From positions 14,121,801 to 14,185,800 of the forward strand of contig OZ037767.1 in NCBI GenBank assembly GCA_964035545.1: a DNA stretch of 64,000 nucleotides, written 5' to 3'. Position numbers and translations under genes: made by a program. Below the pieces are notes generated by a model. The model made no database searches. It saw nothing but the letters and a program-made list of their open reading frames with translations, and had not been told where the DNA came from. How positions within the stretch are numbered: position 1 is the stretch's first letter; each line of letters starts with the position of its first letter. Of the stretch, positions 11,129 through 22,552 are shown piece by piece. This DNA comes from Bugula neritina. Its lineage: Eukaryota > Animalia > Bryozoa.

Positions 11129-14100
11129 ATGGCAAATTACACAGAAATGGATAACAGTAAGTAAATCATTATGAACTCTTGTAAATGTATATTTTACATT
11201 TACATGTAAGTTACTAAAACAGTGAGTAATTCAGGGTGAAGTATTGTATATTTACATATAAGTTCCTTGTTTTAGTGGCAGATCTTAGAAACAACAGCTC
11301 TACTAGGGGTGGGGAAGACGATGTGCCTGTGACTAATAATTCAAGAGATGAGCCAGATGGTGGGGCTAGGAGGCGTTCCCAACAACGGTGAGTTCAAAGC
11401 CTTAGCACACACACTTATGTGTTTTCATTTGCAGTCCTAGACTATTAGGCAGGCACTCCGTATTTAGTTCACTGTCAAAGAAAAATTATGTTTATAAAGC
11501 GTTTTAATTTAGCTTTAATAGTTATTTCATGTATACAGTTAGTTGTAATCAGCTTATGTGTTTGAGTTGTCTTATCATTCTTTCCTGATGAAGTCATGTG
11601 ACCTGTTGACCGAATTAAAGGCCCTTTAGAAAATGTCTCATGAAACACAAGACAGTGTGTAGGCAATGCTAGTAGCACCACTATTGACAATTCTATAGGG
11701 TTCAAACCTATACATGCTCACCTTCTGTTAGATGCTTCCTGATATGTCCGGTAATTTTGGTTGAAACAGAGGGGGAGCAACTTCGACTTTCTAATAAAAT
11801 AACTTGGTGTCGTAAACTATTGCGGTAAAACATGGAGTTATCTACACAGTATGGTGTCTGTTTAGAGCTGAAGACGCAGAAGAAGATGATGAGTCATCGT
11901 CGTATGGACCTCAGCACGTCATCATGATATTTGTACCGGTGTCCCTGTGTATGCTGGTCGTCATACTGACTGTTGTCAGCGTGAACTACTATACCGACCA
12001 ATCAGGGGGCAACTACTTGTGAGTATGCAATACTACTCCTACCAATTGTTTACACTGTCTGTACAATGTGTACATATGCAATACCACTCCTACTGATTGT
12101 CGACATTACATACATATGTAATGCTGATTCTATCAATCAGTCATTGATAACCAATTGGTGTAGGCTGCGAGTATATGATGCTAGTTCTATTAGTTGTTGT
12201 GCAGCAATTCTGAGTATATACAGCTATTTTTCAATTACCAGTTTCCGTAGTATTTTTGTATACACGCTTTATGTTAGATTTATAACCCCTCTATTCTCAG
12301 TTTGTTAAGTGTGTTCATTTCTTCTTTCAATAGATGCTTGAAAATGTTAGCAAATTATTGTTTGAATATTAGGTCTTTTTTCCGGTCCATATTTGTTATG
12401 TAACTGTCGTTTTTTTCTAGAGTATACACGCCCTTTCACCCTGATGCTGCCGATACAACAGCATTATCTGTGGGAAAGACTTTGCTAAACACTCTCATAA
12501 TAATGGGCGTGGTCATTGTGATGACAGTCTTTCTCGTGCTGCTATACAAATATAAGTGTTACAAGGTAAGACGATTCCTTCTCTTGTATAGGAAGAAAGT
12601 TTTTATCCAACTAGTAGTGTGTACTAGTTACTTCTAGTATTATCATGTAAATTAGTTTTTCATAAAACTCACACACGTTTATAGTCGCTATCCCTGTGAG
12701 AAACCCATAATGGAAAGGGTTTTGAAGCAGGCTAAGGAGTTATTTATATGTGGCACAGGAGCAATTATGACTAGATGCTCTTCCAATGGCCTTTAACCTC
12801 TACACCACGGCTGCTCCCTACAAATTAGTCTTTCGAATAATCAAGTAAATATTTGTTTAAACTCTGTTATAACATTTCGTGTTCTGTTTTAGATCATCAC
12901 GGGTTGGCTGATTGCGACATCACTAATTCTATTGTTCCTCTTCTCTTACATATACTTAGAGTAAGTCATCTATAGCCAATGGAATATATTCCACTGAATG
13001 TGTTTTTATAATGTCTTGTGTTTTATTATTTTAACTCAACTATCATAAGTTTAATTTTAGCTATTATAGTAAATTGCTTTTCATGTTGTATAGTTGGTAT
13101 ATTTGCCTCATGTTGATGCAGTTTTCTATCATCACATATACATTACAGTTTACAGTTAAAACTTTGGTCAATAAAGTAAACTAGCCCATAATTCATGTTT
13201 ATATCACAGTCTCCCTCTTCAGTTATTATTGACAGGTCTGTATTCATAGCGTACAACGTGGCGTTTGACTACATCTCCCTTGCCATCTTCTTGTGGAACT
13301 TCGGGTGTGTAGGCATGTTCTGTATGCACTGGAAGGCTCCCCTAAGGGTCCAGCAGGCTTACCACATCGTCATCAGTGCTCTATTAGCTCTCGTGTTCAT
13401 AAAGTATCTTCCCGAGTGGACGCTGTGGGTGTTTCTGGGAGTTATAGCCGTGTGGGGTGAGTGCTAACCGGTGTTTTTAGTGCATTTTGGTAAAAAGGAA
13501 TACTATAATTTGCTAAGCAATGTCTACCGTATACATTGTTCGCTCGTTCTGATTTTTTCCAATTAACTACGAAATGGGATTTACACCCTGTTCTGGCTGA
13601 AATGCGCGTCTATATTTTGTTTCAACTATATGTGTGAAGTCGGTATTGATGTTAAGTTGTGTTGGAACAGATTTGATTGCCGTCTTGTGTCCACATGGGC
13701 CGCTGAAGATATTGGTTAATCTCGCCCACGAGAGAAATGAACAAATATTTCCATCCTTGATCTACAGCTGTAAGTATTTACTGTGTGTATTACTGTATAC
13801 TCTGTAGCTACTGTAGCGTACACTGTATGTATTACTGTATACTCTGTAGCTACTGTAGCGTACACTGTATGTATTACTGTATACTCTGTAGCTACTGTAG
13901 CGTACACTGTATGTATTACTGTATACTATGTAGCTACTTTAGCGTACACTATATGTATTACTGTATACTCTGTAGCTACTGTTGCGTACACTGTATGTAT
14001 TACTGTATACTCTGTAGCTACTGTAGCGTACACTGTATGTATTATTGTATACTCTGTAGCTACTGTAGCGTACACTGTATGTATAATTGTATACTCTGTA

Positions 14101-15843
14101 GCGTACACTGTATGTATTACTGTATACTCTGTAGCGTACACTGTATGTATTACTGTATACTCTGTAGCTACTGTAGCGTACACTGTATGTATTACTGTAT
14201 ACTCTGTAGCTACTGTAGCGTACACTGTATGTATTACTGTATACTCTGTAGCTACTGTAGCGTACACTGTATGTATTACTGTATACTCTGTAGCTACTGT
14301 AGCGTACACTGTATGTATTACTGTATACTCTGTAGCTACTGTAGCGTACACTGTATGTATTACTGTATACTCTGTAGCTACTGTAGCGTACACTGTATGT
14401 ATTACTGTATACTCTGTAGCTACTGTTGCGTACACTGTATGTACTACTGTAGCGTACACTGTATGTATTACTGTATACTATGTAGCTACTTTAGCGTACA
14501 CTGTATGTATTACTGTATACTCTGTAGCTACTGTAGCGTACACTGTATGTATTATTGTATACTCTGTAGCTACTGTTGCGTACACTGTATGTATTATTGT
14601 ATACTCTGTAGCTACTGTAGCGTACACTATGTATAATTGTATACTCTGTAGCGTACACTGTATGTATTACTGTATACTCTGTAGCTACTGTAGCGTACAC
14701 TGTATGTATTACTGTATACTCTGTAGCTACTGTAGCGTACACTGTATGTATTATTGTATACTCTGTAGCTACTGTTGCGTACACTGTATGTATTATTGTA
14801 TACTCTGTAGCTACTGTTGCGTACACTGTGGGAGCTGTGGACACCCCAACAGAAGACTCCGAGGACTCCAGTGAAGGTACACAAACCAGACAGGAAGTAA
14901 CTGATTCTAGTTTAGCTAATGCTGCTGTTGATGGTGATTATTTGCTCTCTCTGTCTCTACTTAAACATTTCCTTGTATGCTACCTGCACTGTGCACGGCC
15001 GGTTGCTTTCACTGTGCTATTGCTTAGTCAATCGTGTTTTGTGATTTTTAATATGATGAACGGTTTTGAAATGAGGAGACAGTTTGTACTTTACTTAACA
15101 ACTAGATTTTTATTATTTTCTGCTCCTCAAGTGAAATTGAAAGTCAGAATGACTTAAACAAATGAAGTGTGCCTAAGTTTTGAAGCATAACACAGCTGAT
15201 TGACTACATAATGTGGAGTTTCTATTGGTTAATTTCATTTCTTCATCACATTAAGTCTCACTCTGAATAAATTGGCGCTTCCTATTGGTCAGACAAAGGT
15301 TATAACCCAAACAGATGATTCTGGTCACTATTAGTTTAAATGTCTGCGTTAAAACAATATTGGAGTTGTTTGCACCTCTACATCAGTTTTCCATGGATTG
15401 TTTATTGCTGAGTCACACACTGCTGTCTACTCGCATCTGCTCGATATTGTAACTTCCACCTATCCCTGGGTAGGGTGAAGTCACAATAACCTATTGGACT
15501 CAGCTGGTTTCATGGAAGGGGCACTAGTGCCTTGTCCCAACACTTGTTATGCTTTTAGTTTTTATCTCTCAGCATCACAGGACAGTTAACTGTAAGTCTG
15601 TGTTTTATGTTCATCTACCATTCACCAACAAAGAGGTGCTTCTGCTTTATATAAGACGCTGTTTCGTCGTGTAAAACTTTAACTGTTGTGAAGATCAGCA
15701 CATTGCAGAGTTACACGGCACTCTAATACTCGGCGCACTAATACGTGGGGTTGTTTTCATCAGCTAATCTTGCAGCTGTGCGGAGTTTCACTTTTCAACT
15801 AGTTTTATTACTACTACTAGTAGTAATACTACTACTACTACTG

Positions 15844-15896
<53 letters not shown>

Positions 15897-17601
15897 GTTA
15901 CTATTACTAATACGGCTACTACTAACACTAATACTATTACGAATACTACTACTGCTGTTGCTGCTACTAATACTGTTTCTATAATCACTGCTGCTTTCAC
16001 TGGTAATGCTGCTAACACTACTCTGTTACTAATAATGTTGTATTACTGGTCTGATGTGTTGCTTGCATGTTTTCCAATATATAATATATTTATGTTCTCT
16101 TGCTTCAAGCGCCTGGCAGAGCTGTCTGTGCTGACACTACCTGTGCTGACACTACCTGTGCTGACACTTTTTGTTTTTTTTGTATATGTTGTGTTTCATG
16201 GCATTATTTAATGCTACTAAATTTAGCACTTTTAATAACAAATGCTATGTCGTAGCACCTGCCATTCTACTGGTTTGGTTGTTAGAGAATTCATTATTGT
16301 ACTATTATCCTATGCGGTCATGTAGTTTATCTATAAAACCTGAAGGTAAATGTTAGTAATTCTTGCAATGACCTCTTTCTTGTGTTGTGTAGATACTTCC
16401 TCTTCTCGTCCGTTGAACACAAGCTCCGCCTACACCACTCACGAATCTTACAACACTCGATATAGCAACACTGGTAGGTCATCTGACGACCAAACTGTTT
16501 CGAGTAGACGGAGACAGACTGACACCAGCGATGGAGCAGAGAATGGCGCTGTGGCGCAACAAAATGGCCGACAAGAGGCTGAAGAAGCTGAAGATAGTGA
16601 GTTACCATTTACTTTATTGTTGAAATATTTCCTTTCGGGCTTGTAACTTCACTAAAACTAAAGAAACAAGAAACATTTGTATTTACTACTTTATCCATAT
16701 AAATAAAGTAAACTAATATATCGGCTGCCACTGTATCCATCTTCAGAGTATACTTTTCATAGCAAACTCTACATCTGATTCCAGGCTAGCTCCAATGGTA
16801 TTCTGGTGTGTTATGGCAAAAAGCTATTTTTAACTTTCTAGTTAAAAATAACTGCTTCTGTATTTATCTGGTTGTATTTGCAGAGGGAGTAAAGCTGGGA
16901 CTGGGTGACTTCATATTCTACAGCGTGTTGGTGGGAAAGGCAGCGTCTAGCGGAGATTGGGCCACCACCCTGGCTGCCTACATTGCTATCCTCATGGTGC
17001 GGTATTTGCCCTTTTGTTTCTTTAGTTTAGTAAGATTATATAATCATAGTTATGATCAACACATTACACGATATATTAAGTAGTCTTACATTGATCTAAG
17101 TAATAGAAATAGAATAGAAATCTCTTTCCGCTTACTTTGGCGAATGTTTGATTTGTTGCTTACTTTTTATGTCAAGTGTAGTCTAGACACACTCAGAGCC
17201 GTGTTGTATTTCAGTGGGCTGATAACTCCAGTACCATATGTCAATATTCACCATAATATAGTCATTTAATTTTATTGATTGATCCCAGCTTTCCAATTGA
17301 CTAATAATTACTGAAGAGAGAATTTAAACAAGTTTAATCTCCACTATTCTAACAATGGATTTGAACCCTGATTGGCTAGCATCTGTCATGTGGTGAAAAT
17401 CTTTCAGTAGGAGTTGTTCTCACTATCTTTTTGTTTATATTTTAGGGTCTGTTTTTCACGCTGATGCTTTTGGCTATATTTAAGAAGGCGTTACCCGCCC
17501 TCCCCATCTCCATCTTCTTTGGACTCATATTCAACTTTGGCACGCAGTACGCTATTTCTCCCTTCATCACCACTCTGGCTGCTCAACAGGTCTTCATATG
17601 A
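11129..17601 (+). CDS. PSEN: Presenilin (gamma-secretase catalytic subunit). Exons 11129-11156, 11276-11387, 11866-12018, 12421-12565, 12893-12960, 13236-13456, 13671-13769, 14811-14933, 16393-16596, 16884-16996, 17446-17601
   Basis: [33 protein letters not shown], catalytic [52 protein letters not shown]; splice phases are consistent. Confidence 0.97.
12662..12821 (-). mobile_element. tRNA-derived SINE, copy 2 (internally deleted)
   Basis: Homologous to the other copies; flanked by aaattagt(t/c)tttc direct repeats at 12649-12661 and 12822-12834. Confidence 0.8.
13770..14829 (+). repeat. 42-bp minisatellite (~25 units) forming almost the whole presenilin intron and the first bases of the next exon
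   Basis: Unit gtatgtattactgtatactctgtag-ctactgtagcgtacact, with a few shorter variants. Confidence 0.97.
15806..15975. repeat. (TAC)n microsatellite
   Basis: Direct inspection. Confidence 0.95.
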
Positions 17602-19056
17602 TCTCAGTCTGGAGGTTGACACGCCGCCAATAGATATATCCATATAACTACAACCTTCTCATCCTATCTTACTAAATTTCGGGTGATATTCTTTTATAGT
17701 TTTTGACTGTCATTCATATCAAAATTGAGGTTTTCAAGTAAAATATTTCTAATTTTTTGAAAAAAGTTGTTTATGGATTTTGTTACTTTGAACTAAACAC
17801 ATTTAATCATATATTTTTAATTTAAAAAAAACTTGCTAAATAGGTTTTATAAGTATTAATTCTACTCCGATCAAAGTACTCGGTCTGATGGCAGGTTGCT
17901 ATATGTTATGTGATCTTCTAAATTACTTCAGGATAATTCAGATGTTTACTAAAATTGTGTGAAGTGTACTTGCACCGTATTCGAGTTGATCTCTTCAACA
18001 TTTACGTGCCACAACTCGCTGTGTAATGGCAGAGTAAATTTCGAGCTACTATTATAACCGAAGAGGTTATTGCAATGAGTTGTTTTATTTGTAAGATTTA
18101 GCTTTTGAAACTCTGAAAATCAGTTTTCTGAAGCCATTTGTACACATTTATAGGCCAATTTTTACTTCTCAACTTGTATGAATATTCTTACAGTTTATTG
18201 TTTCTATGTATCTTCCATTAGTTATGTTTTGATACATCATTTACTCTAATAAAATATACTTCATTATCCTACATAATTCAACTGAATGCTCGTTATATTT
18301 AATAGTTTTCTCTTGCCGCAAATAATATATATTTTAGATGGTAATGTACCAACATATTTTATATAATATCAAAACACAAGTTTCCTTCTACTTTTATTTA
18401 CTCAGGCTTATCCCTTTGTGTGTAAATGCAATATATTATAAATATTGCATATATATCTTTTAACATTAGTAATATTCCTAATAAATATTAGAAGTTTATT
18501 GTATTACATGAAAATAATCTGTATTACACATATTAATGCAAGCTGAATAAGACTATCTACTGGCAAAATTACTTTAGTGCAACAATAGAAAACGGCTTAA
18601 GAGAGAGAAAAACTACAATTTCAATACATCACAATGTAGAATAATGCTAGTTTGTGAAAACCTTGACAAAGATATAATACAACAATACTATGTTACAAAG
18701 AAGTTAAAGGGCATCTTTGCAGGTGCTACAGCACTTTGGCAATGAAAAGCAAATGGCAGGAATTTTAGAAAACATAATACTGGAAAAAATATATTGGCAG
18801 AATTACTCCATCAATGAACACTTTTGATAAACTAGGCATGCAGGAAGTTGTAAATAATTTTACTCCTGGTAATTATTGAAAACCACTATAAATAAAGAAA
18901 GAAAATTGTTAAAACTCTTTAAAACTTGTATTTAATTTACTGTACATAACTTGACAAACTTTTAAAAATAAATTCTCTCTTAATATTTTAAATTTATAGA
19001 TCACTTTTCCAAAAAACATTTGTTGACTATTTAAGAAGTTATAGAATAAGCTGTGC

Positions 19057-20918
19057 CTATTGAATGATGCATGCTGCAGAGTCTCCGGCACCTGATTTCT
19101 CTTTGAACTGTTGATCGCAAACTGCATTCAGTATTTGTAATTTGTTTTCTTCGCTGGTTGAAGCAAAATAGTAGATCCTGGAAGAAGTTTTAGGTTTGAC
19201 AGAAAAAGCGTAAGGATATCCGGGAATATCATCAACGTCTGCTACACTTGCCCCAGACAATTCTATAGGTTTCCACTGATTTGACTAAAACCACAGTCAA
19301 AATTGAACTTCAAATAATAGATGATTGAAATCATTTGATTCATGAGTCCCACAATTGCTAGTGTATAATTATAAAATCATTTTCCATTTGTAACACAGAA
19401 GTGCAGATAAAAACTGCAAAATACATATTGTATACATGTATATTATTTCGCAACTTTAATTTTGGTCAATACTTGCAATATAAATGTAAAAAGCTGATGC
19501 TAAATATAAAAATACCACAAAATAAAATGATTAAGATGCAGTATGAGTCCTCATTTGCTGCTCACTTTTGTCAATTATATAATTTCCAGATTTATAGCTT
19601 TTCACACATTGTTTTTTATTATTAATCCGTTAAGCTTGAGTTACACCTGACTGCACACTATTCTGTTGGTTGAATTCTAAGTTTTGGTCACAAGAACTAT
19701 TGCATAAAAGAAATGTTCACATCACTTGTTTTTATAGCTTTTTGGTAAGAGAGTGAGAGAAACATCACATCAAACCCCCTATTCACACTTAAGTATCGTA
19801 CGCCGTAACAGCAAATATCAGCCATTTTTACAAATGTCTGAGCTTCCTGTATGGCGTTTCGGTACGGTCAAACACTGTTTGATTCAAATAAGTTGCGGCG
19901 GACTCCTATTGCATGGACAGAAAAACCTTTCCGTTAACTCATTGGATGTAATTGTCCAATGAAGTGTCATAGATCGTACCTAATAGCGGACTTTAAAAAC
20001 TTCAGCCCGGACACATTAAAAATGGCTAATATTTTAGGTTACGACGTATGTTACGGTAAGTGTGAGAGAGGGGTAACTCCTCATTTACACTTACCGTACC
20101 GTACACCATAACAGCAAATATTAGCCATTTTTGCAAATGTCTGAGCTTCCTGTACGGCGTTGCGGTACGGTAGGATCAAATACTGCTTGATTCAAATAAG
20201 TTGCGGTGAACTCCTTTTGGACAGAAAAATCTTTCCGTCAACTCATTGGATGTAATTGTCTAATGAAGTGTCATAGATCGTACCTAATAGCGAACTTGGA
20301 AAACTTCAGCTCGGACACATTAAAAATAGCTGATATTTTACGTTACAGCCTATGGTACGGTAAGTGTAAATAGGGGGTAAGAGTTCTACTTCTACTTCTA
20401 GTCAACAGCATACAGGTCTTGACCTGTATGCTGTTGACTCACTAACACGCCACAAACTTAAACACTGATCACTAGTAGCTACTTTTAATTGCTATTTCGC
20501 AATCGGTACTTAAATTAACTTGTAAACAAAATATAAAAACGCTAAATATGGTCAGTATTTTAGAAAAAAATTCAAAAGCAGAAAAATTGACTTTTTAAAA
20601 TTTGGTAACACTAACTAAACACTCACAGTCACTGTGACTATGGTTCATTTTGATTTTATTAAGCATGTCTTGGGTAACGCATAGTGAAAACTAGTCTCTT
20701 AGGAACATTTTTTTACAAAATCAACATAACTACTAACAGCAACTATAATTGAATTGTAAGCATCAATATTTAATTCACGAATGCTAACTTACAGCGGTTA
20801 TATCTGTTGTGTAGTAAAATTTTGTACTCGACACCTTGATGGAAATTTTATCCCACTTCGCAGTTCTGTGCCTCTTTTTGAATAAAGATAGGTTAGATAT
20901 TGACTCGGAAGGTTCCAT
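19057..20918 (-). CDS. Small (117 aa) PH-domain-only protein with C-terminal CaaX motif (CIIQ). Exons 20918-20793, 19284-19057
   Basis: MEPSESISNLSLFKKRHRTAKWDKISIKVSSTKFYYTTDITA|SNQWKPIELSGASVADVDDIPGYPYAFSVKPKTSSRIYYFASTSEENKLQILNAV..SAACIIQ*; phase-0 gtaagt/ttttag intron; PH strand/helix pattern. Confidence 0.75.
19775..20073. mobile_element. ~300-bp MITE, copy A (PIF/Harbinger-like)
   Basis: Imperfect TIRs ccccctattcacactta.. / ..taagtgtgagagagggg, followed by TAA. Confidence 0.75.
20077..20377. mobile_element. ~300-bp MITE, copy B, tandem to copy A
   Basis: TIRs ctcctcatttacacttaccgtacc / ggtacggtaagtgtaaataggggg; TAA on both sides; collinear with copy A. Confidence 0.8.
20400..20439. 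repeat. Perfect 19-bp inverted repeat, 2-nt loop
   Basis: agtcaacagcatacaggtc-tt-gacctgtatgctgttgact. Confidence 0.95.
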
Positions 20919-22552
20919 TTAAAATTATTAAAATAAAAAGTTTTTAAGCACAAATCTTGCAAGTCGTTCCACAAAAACAGTCAAACGTGAAATGTGGTTT
21001 ATAAATGAAAAATAAAAGTTGTCTCTTTCACCACCATATAAAAGTTAGCTTGATTAGTAACACTTTAGGCTAGTGAACTAGTGCAATAACAAAGTGGCGA
21101 AGAATGCACAATACCCTTCACAAGTGATAAAAAGCAAAGTGAGAATACGTCTTGTGCAACAGCGACTACAGTTCTTTAACTTCTAGTAACTTTTTTAGAT
21201 GACAACTCCCATTAACTTTAGCATTCGAGCGCTCGATTAAATAAATATCCATAGAACTCATAATAATTATAATAGTCTTAGTAAATGTTGTCATAATAGT
21301 GTATTTTAAGAATTAAGTTTCATTATTTGTCAAGTACATTGCCATTTGAAAGTATTTTACAATGGAAATAAGTATCACAGATGCAATTTTATACACAACA
21401 GAAGTACGAGTAAACTTAAACAAATGACCAGTTTCTTTTTATTACATTCATTACTACATGCATGCATACATAAATGCCTGTTTCATCTGAAGTTGGGAAT
21501 ATATTGAGTTTTAATTGCATCAGGCAATTACTTGTGCTTTAAAAACCTGCTTATAGAGCCCATTAGTGCACTAGAAGAACCAAGAAAAGAGAAAAAAAGC
21601 CTCTTTGGCAATTGTTTTAAACTCGATAGTTTTATAAATTATATTATTATTATCTCACAGTGAATTTCACAACTGTTAGAGTAGTAAGACAACTCCCAAT
21701 TTATTGGGACTTTGTCCTTATTTATACTGAAGCTATCCACTTGTATAACCTGTTCACTATAAGATCAGGATATATGATGTTATAAAATACAAGTTACACG
21801 CCATTAGTTATAAGAAACCAACAAAAAGCGTGACATTGACTCAACAACGATAATTTATTGTTATGTTATGTGAAAGCATCACAAATAAAATGACTGACAA
21901 AAATATAGGGTCTGTATATTTGGATAAAGATGCATAGTAGAGCCAGCTGCTACACATCAATACGATTGAGGAAGAAAATAGGTGATAAAATAATACATTA
22001 AAATGAAACAAAAGATATTATATATAGGAGGCGAGAAGACAACTTCAACTGTTACCTTGATACTTAAAACTATTGGATATAACTTAGGCTAAACAATTAC
22101 AGGGGTTGGGTAACACCGTTTGACTAATTCGCCACGTGCCAATTCCATTAATTCTTTACCAAACAAAACTTTAGTCAAAAGAAAAAGAAAAACAACTAGA
22201 ATATATTGGTAGGGCCAGCACCTGAGTATTGAAACAATTACTGACTATGTGTGTACTATTTATTAAATATACAGTATACTAGGATACAACATCGCAACGC
22301 GTTGTCAAGCACAACATTATAGAGACCTGTGATGGCTGTAATTGCATTGTGGGATAGTAAAATAAGAATATTGCTGCGTCATTATCTATTATAAACAATA
22401 GAAGATCTTTAGAGAGATAAAAAAGGATTCTACGAAAATATATTTATTTTCTTCTCATAGACTTAGTGCCTCACGTCTTTACTACGTATAAGATAGGGGC
22501 TAAGAGAGACACCTTCTCTCCTCCAACTAGTAAATACAGAATGGAACTATAG

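Noticed and set aside
13783-14884. Long ORFs (363, 283, 177 aa) over the 42-bp array as independent genes
   Set aside because: Stop-free by-product of a repeat unit that is a multiple of 3, inside a presenilin intron
15745-16018. Poly-Leu/poly-Val ORFs (also 34680-34961)
   Set aside because: Translations of (TAC)n microsatellites
16256-16356. Alternative presenilin exon [11 protein letters not shown] resembling human TMVWLVN
   Set aside because: Weak acceptor; the 14811-14933 exon already joins in phase to 16393; resemblance probably fortuitous
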